Shown: positions 38,594 through 47,895, counted from the first letter of the stretch. The stretch is DNA of 64,000 bases from an uncultured Nitrospiraceae bacterium (GCA_963727805.1 CAVSHF010000003.1:949698-1013697), one strand, 5' to 3'. Numbers and translations are program-made. Notes: generated from the sequence alone by a model not told the origin.

Positions 38594-40093
38594 CTAAAAC
38601 ATTACTTGAAAGCTGGCATTGAGAAGCCATTTAGTTTTCAACTGAATGCCGTTCAGGTCTTGATAGAGTGGAATACCTCCTTCAACTCCGATGCTGAAGG
38701 GACCCTTTTGATAACTCACACCGATCAGTCCATCGAGTCGCTGGCCGCCATAGTTGTTGGGATCGGCATCTGGCATTGGCGCCCCTGTCATGGGATTCAG
38801 TATCTCCTGGATCTGGGAATCCTGGCCCTTGATTCGCCCGGTATCGTTATAGGCAAGACGGAACGAGGGGGTAACGGGGTCTAAGGCACGCTGAATCCAA
38901 CCGGTCACCTTGAAGTTGTCCCCGTAGCTCCAGCCCTCACCATTTTTTGCAGTATGCCAGGTGTACTGTGCTTGAGCGCCCCAGTTCCATTTAGCGTCGT
39001 CGCTGAGACCGTTGTAGGTAAGCGTGGGCTTGAGATCGTATGTGCCTGAACCAAGTTGCATATCATAAGGGGCGCGCAATTCCATGCCCATTACGTCTAC
39101 TGTCTGCTTGATGCTGCCGGTCGGGAGGCTGAGACCGAGGCTGCCGACAAGATAGTTGTTGATCTTATACATACCTCTCAGCTCGGTGTCACCAAAACCG
39201 CTAGTGGACATAGGAGCGCTGGAGAAGGTGCCCATCATCGGGCCCATGTCCATTATCATTTTCATCTTGTTCGTCACATAACTCGTCATTGCCATCACGG
39301 TCACACGGTCGGTGATCCCGTACATCGCCATCACCATTTGCATATCCATCGTCATGCTGGTTGGGATCATCATATAGTTATAAGGCCGGTTCCTCATAAA
39401 ACCGACACTGCTATTCCCAGCGTTATTTGTCCCAGCGCGCAACCCCATCATGTCCATATGCATGAATGAGTAGTTAACCATCCACATGCCCGCTGGGTGG
39501 GTATGGTATATGTGATCGCTGAAGGCTGGATTGAACAGCATTTGGGCGCCCGGGCCCATATCCATATGGCGCATATCATGAGCCATGTGCCCATGATGGT
39601 CGTGGTTCATCATCCCCGCCTTCGCAACATCGTCTTCAGCGGCCTTCAGCGCCTCATCAAAGGTGCTCACTTTGCCGCCGTATTCCTTCACGAAGGCCTG
39701 CGCTTCTTTCTCCTCTGCAAAAGCCCATTCCGCTAAATAAGTCATGACCCCCGGTTTACTGCCGCCAATGACCCAGGTTGCGGTCTTTACATCTATCAGC
39801 TTCGTTGTTGCATAATCGGCAACCATAATCGACTTGACCTGCTTGTTTTTGTTTTCGTTCATCTCCTCGGCTGCACAGTGGAGGCTGCAGAACCCCACCG
39901 TGGTCCCGTCGGCATAGACAATAAGCATCCGGCTCCTGACATAAACGTTCCGGTCCATCCCGCATACGTTGCAGGTCTTGGGATTCTCTATGGTGGCCGC
40001 CTCGTTGCCGGCAATTGATGTGCGCACGCAGAATAACTGAACAAGAATAAACATGACCGCAAAAGATGTTTTAAACTTTTTTAGTGGTTTCAT
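38594..40093 (-). CDS. Fusion protein: NosL/TRASH-like Cys module plus Met/His-rich linker plus outer-membrane beta-barrel
   Basis: 499 aa with a signal peptide. Contains CNVCGM-x24-CSLHC, a NosL-like alpha/beta part (WVIGGSKPGVM...AFAEEKEAQAFVKEYGG), the stretch MMNHDHHGHMAHDMRHMDM, a Met-dense segment, and beta-strand repeats ending in the terminal aromatic ...FQVMF. Confidence 0.6.
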   Translation of the reverse strand: MKPLKKFKTSFAVMFILVQLFCVRTSIAGNEAATIENPKTCNVCGMDRNVYVRSRMLIVYADGTTVGFCSLHCAAEEMNENKNKQVKSIMVADYATTKLIDVKTATWVIGGSKPGVMTYLAEWAFAEEKEAQAFVKEYGGKVSTFDEALKAAEDDVAKAGMMNHDHHGHMAHDMRHMDMGPGAQMLFNPAFSDHIYHTHPAGMWMVNYSFMHMDMMGLRAGTNNAGNSSVGFMRNRPYNYMMIPTSMTMDMQMVMAMYGITDRVTVMAMTSYVTNKMKMIMDMGPMMGTFSSAPMSTSGFGDTELRGMYKINNYLVGSLGLSLPTGSIKQTVDVMGMELRAPYDMQLGSGTYDLKPTLTYNGLSDDAKWNWGAQAQYTWHTAKNGEGWSYGDNFKVTGWIQRALDPVTPSFRLAYNDTGRIKGQDSQIQEILNPMTGAPMPDADPNNYGGQRLDGLIGVSYQKGPFSIGVEGGIPLYQDLNGIQLKTKWLLNASFQVMF

Positions 40094-40260
40094 GCTTCCC
40101 CCTTTTGTATCAGGCTAAAAGCCTTTATGATTCGTTGCTCTTCTTATTAAATTCGTTAGATTTCAACAAACTATCACTTGCAGTAGAACTACCGATTGAC
40201 ACATCTCAACCCTGCGCCGCGCATATGTCACCTGGGCATTTCAGTCGAACTGTTTCGAAG

Positions 40261-40563
40261 TTAACTTGTTGATTCTGGGGGAGGGTATTCTTGAAAGACT
40301 ATCAGTACAAGGCTAGGCGTTGAACTCAATGTAGTATGAGTTCCAGTAGAGTTCCATGGACCAAACAGCTCAGAATCGCCAATAACTGAGGAGGTGTCAA
40401 TAATTCTCTGAATCCCTGATGTCGGATGGCAGACTTCAAGCTTACCGATGTATCGTTCCGCTGGACTTATATGAATGTTGACGAGTCCAGTCGGCATTAG
40501 GGAAACTATGAGCACGATCAGGATTATTCCCGAAAGCAGTTTCACAGCATTTGCAATGTTCAA
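40261..40563 (-). CDS. Small single-TM protein, paralogue B of an unknown family
   Basis: 100 aa with a TTG start and no clear RBS. It shares conserved blocks with 37990-38322 (see that entry). Confidence 0.45.
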   Translation of the reverse strand: MNIANAVKLLSGIILIVLIVSLMPTGLVNIHISPAERYIGKLEVCHPTSGIQRIIDTSSVIGDSELFGPWNSTGTHTTLSSTPSLVLIVFQEYPPPESTS

Positions 40564-40781
40564 AGGAACTCAGATATTTTCATTTGGATGACGCTAGCAT
40601 ATCACATCCACGGAGAATATCAAAAATATGCCGCAACCGGGATTGACATGAAGGCAAGGGTTAGTCTAACGAATAAGTATTTTTTAAAGGAGAAATGTTA
40701 GTACATGAATATTCTGTTCATCTTCGGATTTCCCGCATATATAAATCTTTTTTATGGGCCGTGATTAAATTCGTTAGTACC

Positions 40782-41276
40782 TCAGTCCGACTTTTGGAAT
40801 TCCAAGATGGGAATATGATATTTGCCATCTTGGAATTTCCCGGGAATTCTGATCGGGTAGCAGCCCCCAATTCCACTCTTTACTTCTGACACGCTATATG
40901 TCGTACCGCATTCCTTACAAGTAAAATGACCGCTACTAAAGGTGAAGCCAACCTTGGATTTACAGCTCACACATTTATCAAGAAAAGAAAGGACTTCGTT
41001 GTCGATTTTTATGACAAAGAAATTTATGTTCTCGTTCCCGGAATCATAAGTAAAGAATTGGGGAACATCGGGCTTCAGGCTTAGAACATCGATGTTCACC
41101 TCTTCGCCTGATACCGGCGCTTTCGAATAAATAGCATGCTTAGAGCAGGCAGCAAGAAGCATAAGGCATAGCAGTAAAAAATAGAGTCCCTTCTTAGCAA
41201 ATGTCCTATTGGTTAATACTTGCTTTTTAAACGTGTGCATCTTAGAGAATCTTTTGAGCCTCATGTTAGTTTGCAT
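40782..41276 (-). CDS. Lipoprotein with a CxxC...CxxC...GGC module (DUF2318-like)
   Basis: 164 aa with a lipobox LLAAC. Contains DKCVSCKSKVGF...FTCKECGTTY...GIGGCYPIRIP. The start is uncertain among several Met codons. Confidence 0.5.
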   Translation of the reverse strand: MQTNMRLKRFSKMHTFKKQVLTNRTFAKKGLYFLLLCLMLLAACSKHAIYSKAPVSGEEVNIDVLSLKPDVPQFFTYDSGNENINFFVIKIDNEVLSFLDKCVSCKSKVGFTFSSGHFTCKECGTTYSVSEVKSGIGGCYPIRIPGKFQDGKYHIPILEFQKSD

Positions 41277-41518
41277 AACCTCAAATGCAGCAGTTTCGGC
41301 ATATGTCTTTATATCTGCCCCATTGCCTAGTTCTTTTCATTATATCTTTGCTTCGTCTTAAGTAGAAGTTCCGCGGGTAGCCGGACCTCCTGATAGCAAT
41401 GTAGGCAAGGGAGATCATTTCTCGGTAATATACCACTGTATAAAAAAATCATGAGTGTTATCGACTGACATGGTAATTCCTCATTTGAGAACATGGTGAG
41501 CTCTATTCGTTAATAAAG

Positions 41519-41561
41519 AAAGCAGATACGTGTGACTGAATCATTAGTACGTATCTGCTTT
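41519..41561 (-). terminator. 13-bp hairpin (possible terminator)
   Basis: AAAGCAGATACGT (41519-41531) pairs with ACGTATCTGCTTT (41549-41561). On the minus strand it is followed by CTTTATT. Confidence 0.4.
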
Positions 41562-42401
41562 CATACTGCTTTGGCTGCCAACCTGGCAGCGTTTAACTCT
41601 TTCAACTGCTTCACTTGCGGCATATCTTGCCCGGACTAGCAGTCGTTTTCTTGAGCCTGTCCCAGAGGGCTGCCTCTTGCGTGAGAACCTTAGTGCTCAA
41701 TTCTTTCTTCATCCCGTCTTCACCTCCTCTCCGAATAATCGGATTTAGCATGCCAAATAACAGCCCAGTCAATCCTTGGGCAGTGAAATTATTAGAGCCG
41801 TACAACTCGCTTCGGGCTGATAATCACTGCTTTAGGCACTTTCATCACCATTGCCGGATTAAAGTTATCCCTGTGCTTGTCATACAGCTCTTTATTTCTG
41901 CAATGCATTCTGGGGGACCATAGCTCTTTTTACATTTGGGTTCTTCCACGGATGCTTCAGGCTTCCCTCTCGCTGCTAAGGGCTTGCTCACCACATCCGA
42001 CACTCAGTCCCTTTCTCGTCATTGTTCCTATGGCTAACCCAAGAATGACATTGCAAGTCCTTCTTGATTGAAGCATAGCCCTAACACAAGAGAAATTAAA
42101 TCAGACAAAAGCTAATTTTGTAGTCAGTCTTGTCCTACAAAGGAAATCGGGCAACAAATACAAAACTGTCTGCCTTCTTCAATGCAATCATCTTTTTTGA
42201 CCTTGGAAGTCCTCTTTGGTCTGTCTCACTTCAGCATGATGATGAATATTGAAGCTTTTGATCGGAAATGCACGTCTAACATCTTCAAGTCCTTCGAAAG
42301 GAGCATATATTGCATATTTCATTCATTGTCATTGGTCTCCCTCATTTTGTTGCATCATTCGGGGAGAAGACGGCGCCCTGTCCCCGCATGATGAACGACA
42401 A

Positions 42402-43223
42402 TTAAGATATCTTCGCTGCCTTGGCGATCGGTGGGGTCGGGATATTCGAGCCGTGACGTTCGATGCAGTTGCTCTGAGCAGTGATACCGTAGTTTGCAGA
42501 AGATACAGTACCATTCGTTTCGTACTTGCCGTCCTTCCAGGCATTCAAAAGTTTGACAACATGATAGACCGTGCTTGCGGTGACGCGGGCACAACGGTCC
42601 TTTCGTTCGGGGCTCTTAAGATCTTTGTCTGCTGCCTTCATCCATTTGCAGACCGATATGTGGCAAAAAGGAGAATCGCTGACTGTTTTAGGAAGGACAG
42701 TTTTGATCCTGGGATTGCTGGGCGTGAAGATCGGCATCTGCGCATTGGCATACCAATCAAGCATTTCGCCTCCCATCAGCGCGCCATCTTCAGACCCGGC
42801 TATCCGAGGCTTATTATCATATTGGCCACTATATTGGCTCCCATAGGCGCGCCGCAGATGGTCCCCCATCCCATGATTCCACCTTCGAGAAGGAGCAAGA
42901 GTCTATATGAAAAGACTTGTATGGCTCTCCAACTTTCTCTCTCAGCTGAGTGAAGACGCTGCTGATCACGGCCGCGCCGCAAAGAGTCGACACCATTCAT
43001 TATGGGCAAGTGCAGCGGTTTGCGCAGGGTCAAGCTTCACATACGGCCATGGCCATTTTTCTGTCGGCCCTTCCCTGGCTTCCGCGTTAGAAAGTAAGTT
43101 CCCGAGCTGATCGGCAGTCGAGCCGATAGCTAATAATCCTGCACCTGCAATGAACTTTCTTCTTGAAACCGTGTCGTTTCCGGATACCTTTTTTTTAATC
43201 CTCCTTTGTATGAAATTATTCAA
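42402..43223 (-). pseudogene. Tat-exported C_GCAxxG_C_C / split-Soret-cytochrome-like redox protein, disrupted by three frameshifts
   Basis: The N-terminal piece (42966-43223) has SRRKFIAGAGLLA and KWPWPYVKLDP. A frame-0 piece reads CGAAVISSVFTQLREKVGEPYKSF. A frame-1 piece reads GGIMGWGTICGAPMGA. The C-terminal piece (42402-42869) reads LDWYANAQMP...FCHISVCKW...RCARVTAS. The reading frame moves the same way three times and returns to the original frame. Confidence 0.65.
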
Positions 43224-43286
43224 ATAATGCGAATCTCCTGATCCGGCGTGGATGACTATAGACGTTCATCCTTGTCTTTATCCGAC

Positions 43287-44375
43287 CTAGTCCTTCATTG
43301 GCTTGATGAACATGAAGTAGACCATCGTCCAGTTGCCGAGGATTATAAATATGGTCGCCACGATGCTTGATAGGGCGAGGGATGAAACGCCGGTCAACGC
43401 ATGACCTACGGTGCATCCCCCTGCAGTCGCTGCTCCAAAGCCCATAACGAGGCTGCCAAGGAAAACCCGTATGATTTCATTCGCCGGAGGGGCCTGTAAT
43501 TTGAATTCGCCGAGTCCTTTGGCGCTAATGTAAGCGCCTAGTGGAATACCCAAAATATATAAAGCACTCCAGGTGCCCTTGAAAATCCCCCAAAAATTAA
43601 ACATAGGATCGAATTTGGACATACTGTCTCCCATCGTCACGGCTAGGAATGCCTCTGCCGTCGGTCCCGCCGCCGAAAGGCCTCGTGTCTGCCCTCCCCA
43701 GTAATTTGATGCCCAGAGCGCAAAGATAAGGATCACGCCGATCATGGCGCCGGTGAGGGACCATGAATAGCCTTTCCTCGGTCCCTTGGCAAAGGGCTTC
43801 CCTTTCAGGACAATCGGAATGATGATGAGAGCGATAACGCCGATGACTGCCCATTTCATCGATAACCCGCCAAAGATATCCCACAACGCAGGGTTGAAGA
43901 CGGCCTCATCGCCGCTGCCAATCGAAACTTTGTAGCTCTTCAGGAATTCCATGACTGGTTTGAGGGGACCATGATAGGTAGCGATAAGAGAAGAGGCAAA
44001 ACCGAGAGTGGCCACGAGAGCGGATGTATAGCCTTCTCCCACACGGTATATTATGCCGCTACCGCAACCGCCGGCCATCACAATGCCAAGTCCGAAGACA
44101 TAGCCGCCGACCATATTGGCGATAACATTGAAGGATTGCCTCCTGAGACCGAAATCACCCATAAATCCGAAGTCTTCAAGCAGATTCGCGCCAATGATTG
44201 CGATCAAAAGTGCCAGCAGATATGACCGGAATAAGGTAAAGTCTTCGAGAAATATGATGTCTCTAAAAGCCGAATTCATGCAGTAACGACCTCTCTGAAG
44301 AACAAAACCGAAAAGAATACCGACAAAGAGCCCACTTGCCAATACCATAAAACTTGCCTGCTGGACTTCCTCCAT
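43287..44375 (-). CDS. yeeE: YeeE/YedE-family sulfur (thiosulfate) transport membrane protein
   Basis: 362 aa, about 9 TM helices. Conserved Cys loops GRYCMNSAFRD, GGCGSGIIYR and GGCTVGHALTG. Confidence 0.85.
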   Translation of the reverse strand: MEEVQQASFMVLASGLFVGILFGFVLQRGRYCMNSAFRDIIFLEDFTLFRSYLLALLIAIIGANLLEDFGFMGDFGLRRQSFNVIANMVGGYVFGLGIVMAGGCGSGIIYRVGEGYTSALVATLGFASSLIATYHGPLKPVMEFLKSYKVSIGSGDEAVFNPALWDIFGGLSMKWAVIGVIALIIIPIVLKGKPFAKGPRKGYSWSLTGAMIGVILIFALWASNYWGGQTRGLSAAGPTAEAFLAVTMGDSMSKFDPMFNFWGIFKGTWSALYILGIPLGAYISAKGLGEFKLQAPPANEIIRVFLGSLVMGFGAATAGGCTVGHALTGVSSLALSSIVATIFIILGNWTMVYFMFIKPMKD

Positions 44376-44490
44376 AGAGCTTCTCCTTTTTCTTCAATTA
44401 ATCATTTGTGTGGCAATGCCACGACTACCGAATTATCTCCTTTCGTCCATATGACGAACGACCAAGCCGACTTTTTCAAAAAAGGAACAA

Positions 44491-44986
44491 TGGAGGGGAG
44501 CAGTGGGAATCGAACCCACCACGGCACCTTATGAGTGCGACACACTGCTTTGACGCCCGTATGTCTTTAGCCGTGACACTGGTTTTGCAGACCAGGTGAG
44601 GCGCCAACCCCGTGCCCCCCGGGAACAGCTCACAAAAGAGACGGCTCCCGCCTTTTACGCTATCCGTACAACGGAAACAGCAGGTTATTTGACTTGATAT
44701 GGGTTCCGAACTGGAACGGCGAAACTGAAGGGTATTCATATCTTCATTCGGTTCGCCTTTTTTGATACGTCGTGGGAAGTTGTCTCGGAGAGTGTCCTAT
44801 ATTGAAGGCCTATGCCCATGTCTATGATAGCTTGGTGGATCATTTGCAGATAATTTAGTATTGCTTCAATATATATGTCAAATTGTTTTTGTGGATGGCT
44901 TAAACGGGAGTAATAGATTTGTCGCTACAATCCAAAAACTGGCGGACGCCGAATGGCGGAGAATGCGGGCGTAACATTAAAGTTAC
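44491..44986. repeat. Copy 2 of the ~495-nt paralogous noncoding element (upstream of yeeE)
   Basis: Aligns with 10345-10838. Hairpins CTGGT-TTTGCAG-ACCAG (44579-44595) and CCGT-ACA-ACGG (44664-44674). On the minus strand it ends in GTGGG-TTCGATT-CCCAC-TGCTCCCC-T-CCA. It lies 116 nt upstream of the yeeE start. Confidence 0.7.
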
Positions 44987-45582
44987 CGGTAACCAACGGT
45001 GTCCCTGAAATATCCGATGCGTTGACTTTTTGGTAACATCAAATAAATGTTCCAGCGATGTTCCTATAATCGACAATGCACTCGACACGGTGAAGACGCT
45101 TTGTTTCAATAAGTAATCGAGAGCGGTACTGTTCGTCAATCTTTACCGAGTTCGTCTCCCTGTCATGTTTGTGAGCGTATAGATAAAAGATTCTCTCAGA
45201 GGAAAAGAACGATAGTTGAGATAATATTTTGAAAGTAATTTGCTATAATTAAACGAATAATAAGAGGTTTATGCTCCACTTTAATCTGCTAGCGTGATAT
45301 CTTTCATAGCGCCAGAAGAAGACAGGGGTAGCTGTAAATATGTAACGCCTCGAAGCAGGCTAAGTTCAGTCATCTGATAAAAGGGTGCAATTGATCTCTT
45401 TTGGAAAAAACATCTTTGGCCGGAAGTCGTCTCCAACCAAGACATCTACGCTAACTTCGGGCAACTCCCTCCAAAAGTATTTATCTCGCATCACAAAAGA
45501 TCGATCTGTTGCTAACGGTGATATAATCAAGTTTCAGACCTCAAGCAAGACAACAGCGATCGTAAACAGGTGGAGATAGACC

Positions 45583-47895
45583 ATGGCAGAAAGGAATAAG
45601 CGCAAGATGCCAGATGATCATTCATACTTACGCCGGAGAGCCGAGGAGGTGCTGAAAGGGCACGGGGAATTGGACAAAATTCCCGCCGCTCATTTAACGC
45701 GCATATTTCACGAGTTACAGGTGCATCAGATGGAGCTGGAGATGCAGAATGATGAACTTCGCCGTACGCAGCAGGAACTCGAAACAGCCCGCGAAAAATA
45801 TTTTGACCTATATGACCTAGCCCCATCGGGATATGTCTCCCTAAACGAAAAGGGAATAATACTGGAGGCCAATCTAGCGTTCGCAACATTGTTGGGAGTA
45901 GAGAGAAGCAATTTAGTCGGGCAGCCGCTGTTCCGGTTCATATACAGGGAAGATCAGGACTTATATTACCATTGTCATAAACAGCTTGTTGGAACAAATG
46001 CGAATCAGGCGTGCGTACTGAGAATGGTGAGAAAGAACGGTGCCTCACTTTGGGTGCAAATCGATATCAGCACAGCTCAAGGCATCGACGATACGACGGG
46101 GTCCCGCGCAGTCATAATCGATATCACTGAGCGGAAACAGATAGAGGAGACGCTGAAGAAAAGCGAAAAGCGCTATCACTCGCTCTTTGAAAACATGTCT
46201 GAGGGGTCTGCTTACTGCAAAATGCTTTACGACAATAACGGCAGCCCGACAGATTTTGTCTACCTCGCGGTCAACTCGGCATTCGAATGGCTGACCGGAT
46301 TGCACAATGTAGTGGGTAAGAATGTCACAGAGGTAATCCCAGGGATTAAAGAGTCACATCCGGAGTTATTCGAGATATATAGCCGGGTGGCATTGACTGG
46401 TCGGCCGGAGAAATTTGAGATCGAATTCAAACCTTTGGTGTTATGGTTCTCTATTTCAGTTTATAGCACTGAAAAGAATTACTTCGTAGCTGTTTTTGAT
46501 GACATTACCGAGCGTAAGCAGGCGGACCGTCGCCAGACACTTTCGGCTCAAATCCGTGGCATTCTGAACGATCCGCCTGCCATTGCTGATGCAATCAGCC
46601 GTATCATCACCGAAATTAAGAGGGACATGGTCTTTGACGCTGTGGGAATTCGCCTGCATCGCGGTGATGACTTTCCGTATGTTGCTCAGGACGGTTTTTC
46701 TAAAGAATTTCTCATTAAGGAAAATACGCTAGCTGTTCGCAGTCAGAATGGCGGGGTTTGCATGGATAAAGATGGCAACATCAGCTTGGAGTGTACCTGC
46801 GGTCTGGTTATTTCCGGACGGACTGATCCGACAAATCCCGTTTTTACTCCGAGGGGAAGCTTCTGGACCAACGAGTCATTTACATTATTGGATCTCCCGA
46901 TTGACAAGGATCCGAGGCTTCATCCTCGGAACCGCTGCATACTCGAGGGCTTTCATTCCGTGGCTCTCATTCCGCTGAGGGCCGGCAGCCAGATCGTAGG
47001 CATACTGCAACTCAACGATCGTAGACCCAACCGATTCACACCTGAGCTAATCTCTTTCTTTGAAGAACTGGCCGCCATTATTGGCATTGCTTTTGCGCGT
47101 AAGCAGGCGGAGGAGGAGATGAAAGAAGCAAGGGAACTGAGCGATGCCTTGAACTTAAAGCTCGAAGAGGCCAATAAAGACCTAGAAGCTTTTAGCTATT
47201 TGGTTTCTCACGATTTGAATGCACCCCTACGTCACATGACAGGCTTTGCGAAACTGCTGCAAAAGCGGATGGAAGAGCAACAGGATGAAAAAAGCCGCCA
47301 GTATGCACTCTTGATATCCGATGCGTCGACAAAGATGGCGAGGCTTATCGATGACTTGCTTTCCTATTCACGTCTTGGCCGCGAAGAGATGCCAAAGAGG
47401 GAAGTGAACTTAGATCACCTCTTAAAGGAGTCCATCGATGAGATTTCAGAGGAAACGAAGGAGCGGGACATTATGTGGAAGCTTGGTGATCTGCCCACAG
47501 TCTACGGTGAACAGTCGATGCTGAAGCTTGTGCTCGTCAATTTCATCTCCAACGCGGTCAAATTCACAAGTACTCGACCCAGAGCCGAAATCGAAATTGA
47601 CTGCAACAAGGGCGAAAAAGAGGTTATATGTTTTGTTAAAGACAACGGTGCTGGGTTTGATATGAAACACGTGGACAGACTCTTCGGAGTATTCCAACGC
47701 CTCCACACACAGGACGAATTTGAAGGCACTGGCATCGGCCTAGCAAATGTTCGTCGTATCATTTCGTTGCATGGAGGCAGGACATGGGCCGAAAGCTCTG
47801 TGGGTAAAGGAGCTACGTTTTACTTTACACTTCCAATACCGAAAGAGCAAGAATATAATGTGCTCTCCCCAGGGGATCAGGCACCTGAAAGATGA
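45583..47895 (+). CDS. Cytoplasmic PAS-PAS-GAF sensor histidine kinase
   Basis: 770 aa with no TM segment. It has a coiled-coil N-terminus, two PAS segments, a GAF-like region, the H-box SHDLNAPLRH, and ATPase motifs DNGAGFD and GTGIGLANVRRI. Confidence 0.85.
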   Translation: MAERNKRKMPDDHSYLRRRAEEVLKGHGELDKIPAAHLTRIFHELQVHQMELEMQNDELRRTQQELETAREKYFDLYDLAPSGYVSLNEKGIILEANLAFATLLGVERSNLVGQPLFRFIYREDQDLYYHCHKQLVGTNANQACVLRMVRKNGASLWVQIDISTAQGIDDTTGSRAVIIDITERKQIEETLKKSEKRYHSLFENMSEGSAYCKMLYDNNGSPTDFVYLAVNSAFEWLTGLHNVVGKNVTEVIPGIKESHPELFEIYSRVALTGRPEKFEIEFKPLVLWFSISVYSTEKNYFVAVFDDITERKQADRRQTLSAQIRGILNDPPAIADAISRIITEIKRDMVFDAVGIRLHRGDDFPYVAQDGFSKEFLIKENTLAVRSQNGGVCMDKDGNISLECTCGLVISGRTDPTNPVFTPRGSFWTNESFTLLDLPIDKDPRLHPRNRCILEGFHSVALIPLRAGSQIVGILQLNDRRPNRFTPELISFFEELAAIIGIAFARKQAEEEMKEARELSDALNLKLEEANKDLEAFSYLVSHDLNAPLRHMTGFAKLLQKRMEEQQDEKSRQYALLISDASTKMARLIDDLLSYSRLGREEMPKREVNLDHLLKESIDEISEETKERDIMWKLGDLPTVYGEQSMLKLVLVNFISNAVKFTSTRPRAEIEIDCNKGEKEVICFVKDNGAGFDMKHVDRLFGVFQRLHTQDEFEGTGIGLANVRRIISLHGGRTWAESSVGKGATFYFTLPIPKEQEYNVLSPGDQAPER

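Noticed and set aside
10345-44986. A 34-kb genomic island bounded by direct repeats carrying tRNA 3' ends
   Set aside because: The repeats are about 495 nt long, clearly diverged, and show compensatory changes. They are not short identical att duplications. No integrase or other mobility gene lies between them, and the intervening genes (TonB system, envelope glycosylation, HU and others) look like ordinary chromosomal content.
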